A stretch of 64,000 bases of DNA from the NCBI RefSeq assembly GCF_052425735.1, contig NC_135759.1, positions 26,412,001-26,476,000 on the forward strand, written 5' to 3'. The notes below the pieces were generated by a model. The model worked only from the letters and a program-made list of their open reading frames with translations, was not told the origin of the DNA and did no database searches. Position numbers and translations under genes: made by a program. This DNA is from Oculina patagonica (lineage: Eukaryota). Shown piece after piece: positions 49,801-63,049 of this stretch; position 1 is the stretch's first letter; every line of letters begins with the position of its first letter.

Positions 49801-52800
49801 ATGTGCATACGTTCATGCAACAGTTTTATTGGCTTTATGTCACTGTGTAAAATGAAATTTATGGATGGCTTATGTGTGTGGAAAAAATGAACCATGTTCA
49901 ACATAAAGGTAAAGTCTGCATCTAATCTCGTTCCCAGATCTCGTGGGCGAAGCCGAAGGCGAGATCTGGTCAAATCTGATTTGTACCACGTGATTGCCTG
50001 TCAGGAATGCAATCTAAGAAAATGGCAATCAAATAAATAACCAAATATCTAAGAAAATGGCAATCAAATAAATAACCAATCCTCAACCAAATGAATAACG
50101 AATGCTTTACCATTCTCGTCTTTCCTGGAATAATATCTAGCAGAGTATTTTACTAAGCAAAAGGCAATTATGAAGGCTTTAGGGTGGGTAAAAATATTTA
50201 TTTGATTTAAAAAACTGTTCATTCGGCAGTTACATGCAATGTCTGAGACATGTCTAGGTTTTATGCAAATTTGATCCGGTCACATAATCAAACGTAAATA
50301 TTCTTACGGCAGATTCTCTGTTTTTAAACATCGTTATTCGTTTGAAATAGCTTTATAATGCTACAAAGAACTAAAACAAAATCTTCTTGTCTTTTGAGGC
50401 CGACTGTAAACAACGAAACGTTCCAAAAATGATATATATTATGATTGCGTGCATCATCTATAATTTGCATAAAATACAGACATTGAATTCCCTTGGGGCC
50501 GCATCACACGTTCAAATTTTAGCGCTGTGACAGCCATGCTTTGAAAGAGCCAATCAAAAAAATTGAATTTTCTTACTTGGCCAGATCTCGCCTTCCGGCT
50601 TCGTCTACCCGCGAGATGTGGGAACAAGATTACCGGTAGTCTGCATCGAGCCTTAAGTGGCCCGTACAGGCTGGAGCTTCTCCCGGATTCTGTAGCCTGA
50701 AGTGACTAGGAGTATTTCTACTCCCCCCTCGAACCCGGACGGCTCAATCTGGAGTCCAGCATGCTAACCATTAGGCCACTGCGCCTCCCATAGAGCCAGT
50801 TAAATTTGAACTTGTTAACTTTGCTTAGTGTTCAGTGTTAAATTCCTTATTTAATTGTTTAACTTTCAGTAACTTACTGGGTACGCGACTTACTAGTAAA
50901 GACAAAATATATTAATTTTTTTCCTCTGCGCCCTGCATGGGGTCCAAACTTTTCATAATTTAAGTCACTTTCTTCCTCTTTTTATTTTAAGGATGAGGGA
51001 AAACAATAATGGGGAGTGCATCCCACCTGTGATGTCAACATCAGTGAAGTTCTTAAGAGAAACTGGTAAGGGAACAATGAAACTGCATATTATTAAATTA
51101 TATAATTATCAGTAATTTTCTTGTCAGTATTAGGACAGCTGCTTATTGAATACCAAGGCTAAAACAATGTGTCTGTATAAATTACTGCATTTCTTTAAAT
51201 AAAGGCCATCCCTCAATTTATCCCCCGACCCCCTCAAATGTTCTGGCCCCTCCTTTGGTAAAAATATTTAAAATAATCACAACTCAAAATAATCGGCCCT
51301 CCCCCACCCCTTCCCAATCTGCCTTGAATAATCAACCCCCTTTATCTACCTCAACTAAATATTTCATTCTTTTCCCGTCATGTTAAACATTTACACCTGA
51401 ATATGAATGTTTTGAACTCTGATGTCAAGGATATTGATGACTTCCCCCCCCCCCATTTCCTCCAATTATTGACTACCCTCAAATAATCACCCCTATTTGG
51501 TGTAAAAACTAAAATATTTTTTATTTGCCCCCAGTTATTATTCAGAAAGAAATGGTTTGTACATGTTAAATAAATTCATTATTAATTAGTATATCCAGTC
51601 ATTGATTTAAATAGCATTCACAAAAAGTTTTATATATTTTAATAACAGCATTAGAAGTTGAGGGAATTTTCCGAAGATCTGGCAATATGAAAACCGTTAA
51701 AGATATTACCCAGATGTTCAACAAAGGTTAGTTTGTTGCAGTTTCCTTTTACAAGTAAAGTTTTCTTAGTTTAGGCATATAACAGCTTTGGTTATATTCA
51801 AATGTGTGCACTGGTTTGCAGGCTTACAAATGAAAAAACTTATTTTTGCGATGCAAGGCAGTCAATGTGGTCGAGGATGGAAAAACTCCACCAGAATTTT
51901 CTATCCCATTTTGCGCCAGGTATTTAAATCCAGAAATTCCTGCCAGATGTATATAAGATTCAGCAAGAAACATACCCTACTTATGTGCTAATAAATTATT
52001 CCCTGCTAGGTGTAGCCTCCTTCGCAGATGTTCTTTGGACTTGTCACCCATTCCTCAAAGAAGGTCTGCAAAGGAGGCTCTGCTAGACACAGGTTCCATT
52101 CTCTTTCTACTCTGAATAAGAGAAGGCAAACTGTTCTACTATCAGTGGTGAACAAGGCCTCTACCAGACTATATCCATAGGCAAAGTGTTTGCCATAAAT
52201 TTAATATATATTGTTTACTTTTAGGTTTTGAAGTACGCTATAATGACCCAGAAGACATCCACTGTGCAGCAGTCATTATAAAGAGGTTCTTAAGAGAACT
52301 TCCAGAGCCAATCCTGACATTCAAACTCTATGATACAATTGTTACTAGCACATGTAAGTATACAACATGCACTTAAAGATTTACTGCGAGTCTTCACTCA
52401 GATATTCTATTCTGTGAGCACCCTGTTGCCAAGAAATCTTGCCTTAGGACTAAGTCATCGATCAGGAAGTTAACTGACAGAGAAAGCAGCATATGTACAG
52501 ATTTTACTATTATACAGACATGCCCTTATAGTTGCAAAGATTGTAACAATTACAGCAACTGTAACAATAATTATTATTGTCAGATGGTGAGTGTTAGTTT
52601 CACACTGAGGTCCTTTTCTCTTTTTCTTCGCCTTAGTAATTCCTGATGAAACAGAGAAGCTGAAAGAAATGTGGCATATCCTACACAATGAACTACCAGA
52701 AGAAAACTTTCTTCTGATAAAATTTCTTATGGAGTTCTTAAATGAGGTAACTGAGTATCTGTTCATTTAATAGCAGACTGGTCTTTTCAGTTGAATACCC

Positions 52801-53246
52801 TGAAAAAAAATCAATTCTTCTTTTATACACATTTTTTTAATAATATTATGTTAGTTGTGATAATTTGCTGAACAGTGCATAATTGACAGTTTTCCACTAC
52901 AGTATTACCAATAAGCTGATGGGATTCTGAGGAGAAATACTGTTGCCGGTAGTTACTTAGTACTCGTGATCAAGATCTTTGGTGTTTAGGAAAGGAAGGA
53001 GAGATCACCTAATTTCTAATAAAGTCACATAACCCTATGTACCACTTGAATGATTTGTTTCTTTCTTGGCAGGTACTGGAGCATTCTGCTGTGAATAAAA
53101 TGACGTCAAAGAATCTGGCCATTGTGTTTGGGCCAAACCTGGTGTGGTCCAAGTCACAGGCTGCTTCTCTTGATGCCATGTCACAGATCAATTCTTTCAC
53201 TCTACTTATGCTGGAAAATGTCAGTTATTTGTTTGAAACCAGGTGA
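40803..53246 (+). CDS. ARHGAP1: Rho GTPase-activating protein 1/8-like (BCH/CRAL-TRIO + RhoGAP)
   Basis: Exons 40803-41337, 43310-43423, 47382-47469, 48041-48172, 48390-48476, 49408-49506, 49636-49749, 50992-51065, 51649-51726, 52225-52353, 52637-52746, 53073-53246. BCH motifs [58 protein letters not shown]. RhoGAP motifs [15 protein letters not shown] (Arg finger), [26 protein letters not shown]. Confidence 0.93.
42278..42827. mobile_element. Tc1/mariner-type MITE
   Basis: CTTATTACATGAAATTTTCGCGACA / TGTCGCGAAAATTTCATGTAATAAG with TA flanks. Confidence 0.75.
44234..47270. mobile_element. Small MITE split by a nested insertion
   Basis: Ends AGAGCAGTTTTCAATTGAGTGTC / GACACTCAAGTGAAAACCGCTCT. 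The two halves are 44234-44444 and 47206-47270. Confidence 0.7.
44445..47205. mobile_element. 2.76-kb non-autonomous DNA transposon (Sola2-like ends)
   Basis: GGGCAATTCC ... GGAAATGCCC ends with 4-bp TSD AAGC. Recurrent GTTACGGACGTTAC motif in both orientations, internal degenerate duplications, no ORF. Confidence 0.7.
48820..48968 (+). mobile_element. SINE 3' remnant with (TTACAT)n tail
   Basis: GGTTTTCCTCCCTCCACAAAAACCAAC..CCAAATTCCAATTCGATC core followed by GGGTAAACAAATTACATTTACAT... tandem tail. Confidence 0.6.
50638..50789 (-). mobile_element. tRNA-derived SINE, internally deleted, next to a MITE (49924-50631)
   Basis: Minus strand reads GGGAGGCGCAGTGGCCTAATGGTTAGCATGCTGGACTCC..CCGGGTTCGAG (A and B boxes). 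Adjacent MITE ends are AATCTCGTTCCCAGATCTCG / CGAGATGTGGGAACAAGATT. Confidence 0.65.
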
Positions 53247-55735
53247 CTGCAGTTGTAGCACTCTGTATAACAGCACTTAAAGGGAAGTGTTATGTACATT
53301 TAGTTGTATAAAGCTAAGCATGCACATAGTGTGGAAGCATACCGTATTTTCTCAATGAAACACCCCCAGCGTTTATTTCAAACTTGGCTCCGTGGATCCG
53401 GCATTTATTTGAATGGTGCAGTTTATTTTGAGCGAAATGTATTATTAAACAAGGGTTTTTAATCATTATTTGTGACATGAATGTATCTTGCTATCATACC
53501 TAAATCATATTACACCTCAAATAAACGCCTAAAAGGCTTACTTACCACTCTACCTTGGAGACCCGGCGTTTAATCGAGAAAATACGGTAACTTATAATAT
53601 TTAGAGTCAGAGCTGTATATTTGTTTGTCTAATGTTCATTGTTTCAGAAAATATCCATACCCTCCAATGGATGGTTTTTTGGTCTGAATCCCCCACCCCT
53701 TTTGAATTATCCTGTTAAGCGATGTACATTCCTTTAAAAATTTTGGCTTTAAAGAATCCACACCCCCTTAGAGTTTCCAATGACAATCCATGGGGTGGGG
53801 AAATATCCGGAAATTGTAGGAACATCTTCGGAACTCTTCGGAAATCTCCCGAAATAGTCGGAATATCTTCGGAAAATGTGGAGAAGGTTATCTCACACCT
53901 TTGATTAGAAAAAGTTGGCAGGTATAAATTATGCAGGTATCCTCAGAGACCCAAGGGCAGGGCAGGAAAAGTCTATAAGGCGAAAAAAAAATTGGCAAAG
54001 AAAAGTCAAGAACAAAAAGAAAAGCTCTTCTTTTCATTCTTGACTTTTCTTCACCAATTCTTTTTTTGCCCATATAGACTTTCCCCCACCTCTCACTAAC
54101 TTCCCCTGGGTCTCTGAGGATGTAATGCAAGGTGAATCTGCAGTTAATCTGAATGTTTAGTCTCTAACTAGATCTGAGTTTGCCCAAAGAAAGGTACGGC
54201 AAGAGAAATATTATTTTTGTTATAATTTGCACTAGTGCTCTCTTGGGCCACTCAATAATCCAGGAGAATATAGTGTTCACATAACTCTCTTGTAAAACCC
54301 ATGGATGTTGTAAATAACAAAAAAATTCATTAAGGCATAGCATGCATAACAGGGGCAAAATAAACCACCTGTTCTGCAGGCTAATATTAAGGTGTTTCAT
54401 ATTCAACTATCTCTTTGCATCGAATGGGTTTCTGCTCATGATTGAAGACAGGTAAACTTTTCAGTCTCGTGAATAACATATACTGGACAAAAGAGATGTA
54501 TTCATTTGAAAAAATGATTGCTTTAGACATTTAACAGTTTTGTAATTTGAGTTTATTTATGGCCGGTGTAAACCAAGACTGAGTTAATACATAGATGAAC
54601 TGAAAATGTATAAAAAGAAAGAACTTATCGAAGAGCTGAGATAATTATTTCAATAAATATAATTATTGTTACCGGAATTTGTTTCTGTAAGTTATTTTAA
54701 ATGTGCTATAAAATTGATAGTACTAACTACCAGTATTCCACGCAGCAGAGTGCAAAATGATCAACCCCATTTCCAGGGTCTCTCCCCCCCCCCCCTAGAG
54801 CGGGGAGACCCGCCAACAATTGCCTCAAAAACCAACTGAAACGCTCCATAGGGTAAAATCATGCAATTTATTTAGCTTCCTTGGTTAGCAATGGCTTGCA
54901 GCAGTTATTGCATTATTGTTCAATCTCGAGTTCAAAGTGCAGGTAGCTTTCTTTTATCTTTTCAATTTCTGTGCTCAGTATGTCAGCAATATGGCGGTTT
55001 GTCATACGTCGGTAACATCCAGGAACGGCAAGACCCACTTCACGTTTTTGTTTTCCACAAACTTTGACCCTGATGATGATGAAAACATCACTATCGAACA
55101 ATAAACGACATCTATAGGCTTTGCATTAGCTCAAATAAGATTAGTCCCCTACCCACAAACTCTGTTTTCTAGTTTACTCCGTGAGCAAACTACACATCTT
55201 ATTTCTTTTGTTGACATTGTTTCTTTTGACATTGTTGCTTTTGTTCTCTAATAATAAACACCTCAAATCCATTTAAACCCCCTCCCCCCTCACCCTCCAG
55301 GACCCCTTAAATTTAATATACACCACAGGAATTTATTAGATTATTTACGGTATAATTATACTGGGGTATTATAAAATCCCAAACTCGTCATTTCTTCCAA
55401 ATCGACTCCTTTTTTCAGCAGAATATATAATTTCTTGAAACATGATTTTTTATAACCATCAGTTGAGCTGTTTTTGTTTGTTTTTTTGTTTCTTTGTCTT
55501 TCAAATGACATATGTACCAGCAGTGAAACAGATTTAAATTCTTTATTGGCACCACTTTCAACTCATTCATATTAATTTTACATGAAGATTTAAGTTATTA
55601 CTACTTACAATGTTACCAAATTTTTTATTCCCTTTTACAATATGAGAATTTTTATGAACACCAGTTGGCCATGGTAGGAACTGACTGTGGATTTATTTTC
55701 TCACACTTTTGGTGAACTCTTTTTGTGTGATGTAA

Positions 55736-55979
55736 GGCTGTGTTCACACTTAGTACTGGGGCACAGTCCCTGAGTACAATTCTCGCTGGGCACTTGTGTA
55801 AACATTCTATTTTTTTCAAGTGCCCACTCCATAATTCGGGCGCGGTGCCTGTGCTCGAGTACAAGGTCTTGTAGGGGACTTAATGGTACTTGGTACTTCG
55901 GTTTTCTGTGTGTAAACATGGCGCTATTTTTGGCCAGTGCCCAGGTACCAGTGCTGCCACACTAAGTGTGAACACGGCC
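55736..55979. mobile_element. PIF/Harbinger-type MITE
   Basis: TAA-GGCTGTGTTCACACTTAGT ... ACTAAGTGTGAACACGGCC-TAA. Confidence 0.8.
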
Positions 55980-56790
55980 TAAGATGATGTAAAGTATGAC
56001 CTCTGTACTAGCAAACGTGTGAAATTGACCTGTGGTCCTCAAAAAGAAAAAATCATGCGTTTCCTGGTCTACTAGCAAGACTTTTTGATCTGGACTTTGA
56101 CAACTGCAAGTAGTTGAAAAGGATAAAAAGATACTTTTAAAAAAAACTTCATGCTATTAGTCATATTAGGCTCTTTGATTGTGAAGTTGTGGGAGAAAAG
56201 GGGGAATCAAAATCTGGTCGAGCCAGCTCATAAGTCAAGTTCCACTATCCCTGTATTTAACATTTTATCTACTAAGAAACATTGTCTTTTGTCACCTTTG
56301 GCTGTGTGGACCTTAACTTTTGCATACTTTAAACTAGCTAATTGAGCCTCCTCTATAAACAGACACCTTATGTATGAGTGAGCCATGGTCAAGGGACAAG
56401 GAGGACGCCCACAGAAGGGAGACAAAAGACACTATAGAATTATTATGCATGGTAGCAGAAAGCCCCCACGTTATACCAAATCTATTGTACAGATTACAGA
56501 AGAATACCAGTAAGTAGGAAGTTATGACTCGCACATTGTTAAACATACAGTTTTGAATGAAATTACACTAAAGCACTTTTCAATTGAGTGTCGTTAAAAA
56601 TCCAATATTATTCAAATGGCCAACCACAACAGTCATAAATAACACAAACCAGTTCACAATTAAAAGACCTTAAATCAAATATACCTAAACTGTGACAAAT
56701 TAAAGTCATTAGGATTGGCTGCATAGGTGGCAAGATGTTTTTTAAACCACACATAGAGCACAGTAAAACTATTCTAAATCACTCTTTAAA

Positions 56791-57058
56791 GGCCTGGCAA
56801 AACAAGGAAACATGTTTCCATAATAATTATGGAAACACGTTTCCTTTTGAAAAATTAGTGTTTCCTTGTTTTGCTATGCTTCCATGCCGCATGGAAACAC
56901 AAAATGTTTCTGCAATGTAGCAGAAGCAAATTTTGCTTCTTGGAAACAAAATTGACGCTGGAAACGATGCTTCCCATGTGGCAAAACTGTGAAACATTGG
57001 AGAAACATGCGCACACTACAGGTGACTCTGGAAACATGTTTCCTCGTTTTGCCAGGCC
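56791..57058. mobile_element. MITE
   Basis: GGCCTGGCAAAACAAGGAAACATG / CATGTTTCCTCGTTTTGCCAGGCC. Confidence 0.7.
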
Positions 57059-57298
57059 ATTTCTTTAATGATACATTAGAGTGATTTTACTTCAACCGTG
57101 AAATAGTTACTACTCAAATAGATACTATTAGACACTTATTCCATTGTTTTCTTTTGTTTAGTTTTCACTATTTAGCACTAATTGTAAGATGTTGTTTCAC
57201 GGGTTAAAAAAATCACTCTACTGATAGTCACTCTAATACTATTTATTCACAGTTACAACGTTTGAGGTCAACATTGTTAATTGTTCAGAGGAAGATAC

Positions 57299-60200
57299 TC
57301 AACTTCCTCCTTCATCTGTGTTTGAACTCTCAATTTCCGAGTTACTGGGTGAAGTGTCTGTCTGATTTGCACTACTCTCTGGAGAGATGCGCAATTCTAT
57401 GCTACTATCATCACCATTAATGTCTCCATTACCAGGGTCAGTTGTACCCTGCCCTTGAAGATCCTTACGAAGCCCATTGAAGAAAGGGAACCCCACAGGA
57501 GGTGCTTGATATCCATAGGGTGGTACCCCTGGGGGAACATATGGAAAGGGGAAACCAAATGGTAGTTGAGAAGGCATGCCAAACCCTCCTCCACTTGCAG
57601 GTGGCATCATTCCAAACGGCAACTGACCTGCAGTGCCATTAAACATAGGGGAAGGAGGTAGTGGTACACTAGGGTGCAACGCTATTGGAATGTAGTGAGT
57701 GCCTGCTGGGTGGAGTGCATAAGTTGGAATAGCATAAGGAGGTGCTAGGAAGGGTGCACGAAGTGGAATATTCCCTCCTTGCAGAAGCATGGAGGGGATT
57801 GAAGGTGCGGAAGGGCCAGTTTCGTTTCCGTTCCTGGCAGTGGTTGCACCTCTAACTCTGCTGCCGTTTGTTCTGTTACCACTTTCATCTTCCTTTTGTG
57901 AATTGCCTGATATCTCTGCAAGATCATCATCCAGGCATATTGCTGAATCACTTTGGGTATCCCTGGCATTATCAGAACTGTTGTCATTGTCACTACTGGC
58001 TGATGTGCTGTTGCCATTACTGCTGCTGCTGATCTGTACCTTGTTATTGCTGCTGTGATGAGCATGAAGTCGAGCTCTTTTAGCCTTTCCTCCTTTGCTA
58101 CTCCCACTCTTTTGTCCCATACTAGAAGATGTAGATGATGATGATGATGAGTTCCCTTGGAAGCTTCGTTTTGACGCAGTACGTTTTCCATTCTCTGTGC
58201 TGACTTTTCCTTTGGAATTGAAGACTTCTGAGTTGGACTCGGCCAACAACTGGATCTGGTGCCGCAGGTGTGCCATAAGTCTCTGGAAACATGGCTGTTG
58301 CATGTCCATTGCTTCTACATTGACCAGAAAACGGAAAACTTCTTCAGTGCAGTCCTTGTACCCGCCAAAGTGGTCGACTGGCTTGATTTCTGCATCTGAT
58401 TTGTCCTTCACAGCTCCCACAGGTTTCTTTTTCTCACGGGCACCTGTATAGAAAAATTCAATGAGTGCTTTGTGTGTGGGTGGGGACAGGGGGGTCTGAA
58501 CCGCCCACCTCCCGTACCTTGCACTCCAGCTTTCCACACCTTTTACTCCCGCTTCCTGCCCCTTTCTGTGGTGGTTCCCATCTATTTGTCCCAAATCTAC
58601 TGTGAAATATAATGAAATGTTGCAAAATTTTACTCGTTTTATTCCAGCTCCCGTCACCTTAGGAATCCCTCTTCCCCCTCTCTTCCCCGCCTCCCGCCCC
58701 TTTTCTCCCGGCCTCCGGCCTCCCATGTCCCCCCTGTTCCACCACAAACTCCGGAGCACAATCAAACTGGAACCAGGATTTCCTGGTTCCGGTTTTGGAT
58801 TCATCCAGAGCCATTGAGTTTCCTGACCGCTGATTAAGGGGAACGCATGCGCTGGCTCTGCGAACAAGCTTGGACGAGATATGGGCAAGGACTTTTGAAG
58901 ACTAGTTAAAAAATTCCAGGACTTTCAAGGACTTTACCAGATTGAAGGACTTTCCATGGGCAAGATTGTACAAATTAAACCATGGAACTAGTTTCCAACG
59001 AAATTTCTGCTGGCAAGCATAGTAATGGGACATAAATCAATGACCATTTATTGGCCAGGATGTATACTTCTGACTTTTGAGACACAACGATAGTTCTGGG
59101 CTTGTCTAAACTATACTAGTCGCATACCTTCCGTTTTGACGTCTTTGTCTTGTTTTTCAGTGAGTCGACCTCGAAGGGCCTTTAAATACTCCACAGTTAG
59201 CTCCAAGATCTCTGCCTTCTCGAGCTTTCCCGATCCCTGCCACAGACAGAAATGGACAATTTTTTCAGAAATAACAAACAATGACCAGTCATAGGCATGC
59301 AATGCATAAAGAGGGCTGCAAATGCTAGACGATGATATTATAATCCAGTATCACAGGCATGCAATGGGTACAGAGCGCTAAGATGCTGGACTATACATTT
59401 ATATTATAATCTAGTATTACAGGCATACATTCCTAAAGTTTTTGGCCTTTGAGACCCCTCCCACCCCCAGGAATATCCAATCTCTTATCTGGGGGGGGGG
59501 GAGCAATTTATGGTGCATTTTCTGCAACCACAAATTGTATATCAATATACATCTATTGAACTAGTACCTGTTTTCCATTACTTTGTGCTGGCAGAAGCTG
59601 GGAAAGTTCTCCCAAGGATGTGTTGATACGATCACGGCGCCTCTTTTCTATCACTTTGTGGGAACATTCAGACTGTAAAAAATGAATTTTTTTATTACAT
59701 AAATCTACAGCTGTACAAGGCTTAAAAGTGTAACATTATTTACCAAAAAAAATATCGTTATATTTGTGATAATATATATAAGAAACAGTAAACAATGTAC
59801 ATTGTCTCTGCCTGCTCCATGATATTGTTACCTCAGTAAATAAATTTATTGCGAAATATTTTTAGGTCTTACATTTTTTGTGTTTGTTTTACATTGTTTA
59901 GAGACAAATAATGACATTTTGCAGTGTGACTGGACATTTCCAAAAAAATCGGTCTGGACTTCACCACTTTTGTAAAGAAAAAGTCAACTTTACACAGGGC
60001 CATAAGTGCCTATATATGCATGGCCCCACGTAAAGTTGACTGAAAGTGGCCAGGTCCGAGACAAATTTTTGATGGATCTGTACCCAATTTTCTCTGTCAT
60101 GTAAACGCACTTTTAACCACCACTAATAACTTTTGAGTTACCGTAAAAGCTCTATAAAACCTATTTTATTTTAAGACCTTTCGAAGGGGGATAACTAGAG

Positions 60201-60847
60201 ATAATTAGGGCTTATTTTTAAATCATACCTTAATAAGGCAGTATATATGTTGTGGTTCACTTTTACCCTTGGTTCATATTTTATTTTCCCTTGTTTTAAA
60301 CTCATTATCATACATTATCATACCCAAAAACAAAGAAGAATAAAATTTGAACCAAGGATAAAAATTATTGAACCACAACATATACACAGTAAACGGTCAT
60401 AACTAGCATATAGTGTGGGTGACCTTGGACAGTAGAGACTTGGGGAACATTTGAGAAAATATTATGTTGAAAACACTCGCTTGCTGTCGTCTAATATACA
60501 TGCATTATATTGCATAATAACTACAATAACTCAGATTGCATGTGTCAAAAACCAACATGAAAATTTTAAATTAATAAAACTCTAAAATTCTTTTTTTACA
60601 AAAAACTTACCCCTCGATCCTTCTGCTTCTTAGCTGATGCGGACTCGTTGCCTTCACCAGAACACGAATCCCCATTTAAACTCAAGTCGTCTTCCACAAC
60701 GACAGACTCGGGTCGTTTGGAGTTTGAACGCGATTTTTGGACGCTTGCTTCGAAGCTTTTCTTTGGAGTTATCGGTCGAAAACTACTTTCCGACAAATCG
60801 CTCGAGACACTGATATTAGCGTCGTTCAAGCTCGAAACATCTTCCAT
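57299..60847 (-). CDS. bHLH-Orange transcriptional repressor, clockwork orange (cwo)/HELT-like
   Basis: Exons 60847-60611, 59672-59568, 59236-59128 and 58443-57299 in frame. bHLH SHKVIEKRRRDRINTSLGELSQLLP..GSGKLEKAEILELTVEYLKAL. Orange domain GYKDCTEEVFRFLVNVE..CFQRLMAHL. C-terminal IPTYALHPAGTHYIPIAL. No WRPW/YRPW. Confidence 0.88.
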
Positions 60848-61059
60848 GACAACATTTGCAGATCGCTTGCAGTTCGAGTTAGAGTTTGTGTTGCTCGCCG
60901 TGTTTCGTGACTTTCAGAAACGTGGCCTTGTTTTCCCGTAATTTTCGATTGCTACAGGATCGAACCAGTCGGATCTATTTTTCAGTGATATATAAAGGTT
61001 AAATCAGAGGACGATATTTGGACCAAACTATCCTTTGCTAATCCGACAGCGAAATTTTT

Positions 61060-62440
61060 CACGTTTTGGAACATGCTTATCGTAAAAACACGAGACTTGT
61101 AAATTGCACACGAGAGTCAAGGGTCGTGAATGTTATATAACAAAGCACTAGCCGCCCCATTGATACACAGAATTGAGCGGAACACGTTTAAAACTCAGCA
61201 ATAAAAATTTTTAACCAAATCATTCAAAAAAAACTTTAAAATAACATCAAAAATGAGTTGGAAATGAAAAAAATTAACAATATGATCAAAAAAAGAATGT
61301 TTTTTGCACAAGTTGAAACCCCATTTCCGGTATGCGTGATGTGAAATCTCGTGTTTACTTGGAACTTTTGTTCGTTCCCAATCCACTCACTAGAATCGCG
61401 GCCGCTCGTGACTTATAACAGTACGTACGGACTCCGTCCCCGGTCGGGAAGAAATATACCGACGTATGTTTCAATGCAGAAAGAAAGGGTCTGCCGTGGA
61501 ACTAAAACAATGTAATTTGAAGAACGACAAGCCTGTATTTATTTCTGTATGTTTTCAATCTTTTTCAATTTAACGTTCACCTTTTTTTCTGATATCATGC
61601 AAAAAATAATGATGATTAATAATCCACTTAGGGGAGAGAGGAGAGTAGTTCTTCGTTTTATCACGCGACGAGCATTTTCACACGTGTTTCACATAACGCG
61701 TGAGTGAACTTGCGCTTCGTGAATGCCAAAGACACAACAGAGAGAAATATGGAGGGCACAAAATCGACATGTCTCATTTTCGCTTCGATTCAATGTACGA
61801 TCTCAGTCTGCAAAATCAGGGTAGATTTGAGAATCGGCTACCGAAAAAAAAATACACTTTAAATTTAATATTTTTCTCAGTGTTATTCAATGTGACAGCT
61901 GACTAAGTGAGATAACGGCTGGGAAATACATCCTGACGACTATTGCACGCATAAAAATTCTAAACATGTTTTGCACACATATCAGTGATTGTGCTAAAAG
62001 TCAGGCAAAAACGGAAAATATTAATAATAATCCCTAGAGTTGATGTTTGCGGGCGTAACCATGTTTTTGGCGGTTCTCATTCTGAGTCGGGCCAAAAAAA
62101 AGGCATATTTACGCCGGCAAACATCAAATCTATTCTTTCCTGGGGCGTTCGCAGTGATTGTTGAATTAGTGCCTGTGCTCCAAATAATTTTAAGACACAG
62201 TCTCCCTCTCGAAGATAAACCGAAAAGTTTTGAAACAGAAGTTTCCATCCGAAAATAATACCCCCCCACTCCACCCCTGTTTTACAGTCGCTATCAAGCG
62301 TTCACGTGTTACGTCACAAAGAGTAAAACAAGACAAAAAGAAATTTCTTTATTTCTGGGCTCTAAAACGTGCGGGTCCGGCGCTCTTTTTGTAGCGATGA
62401 CGTTTTTTGTTTCTAAAAAAAAAATAGCTATTGTCACGTG
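61060..62440 (-). promoter_or_regulatory. E-box / class-C (N-box-like) site cluster upstream of the bHLH-Orange gene
   Basis: CACGTG at 61681, 62303, 62435. CACGAG/CTCGTG at 61089, 61109, 61348, 61405. CACGCG/CGCGTG at 61662, 61697. CACGTT at 61060, 61183. TATA-like TTATATAA at 61133. TTACGTCA at 62309. Confidence 0.6.
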
Positions 62441-63049
62441 TGATGAATACAAAAGTACACCAGCTGTTCTACTCTTGGACACTCGAAATGTACAAGGGAA
62501 AAGATAAAGTAAGAGGGTCACTTGTTACACCAGTGATGTGGGGTGGTATCGGAAAAAGCCGAGCAGGGTCTGGGAAGGAGGGAAGGACTAAGCGAGCCTG
62601 TCGACAGGCTAGTTAGTGAACACTTTTTTGACTTATCATATTTTTATCGTATTTTTTCTTGTACGAAATGACTTTTACTTTTATTAAATGTTGGGTATAA
62701 AATTTTCGCCTTCATCAGTAAGAAAATAGAAAATAGTCGTATCTGCTTGACAACGCATCTCCGGAGACCCAGGGGCAGTTAGTCGGGGTGAAACGAAGTA
62801 AACCCGAAGCGGCGAAAGTTTTCTAGAACGGCGGAAAGAGCCCCTGAGAAACAAGTCTTTTCAGACCATTTTCAAACGGCTCTGTGAATGCTGGCTCCTG
62901 ATTGAGCAGAAAAAATCCTTTGTATTATTCTGCCCAATTGACAAACAGTAACTTAAGGTTCACTTTCGTGTGTTCTGGTTATGTGATGAGCAGGTGTCAA
63001 GGTTATTGCATTGTGCATCCTTACTGCACAGATTTTTACGTGTGATTAG

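Noticed and set aside
58444-58888. First ~148 aa of the 529-aa ORF
   Set aside because: Intronic repeat-derived sequence upstream of the acceptor at 58445/58444. The true N-terminus comes from the bHLH exons.
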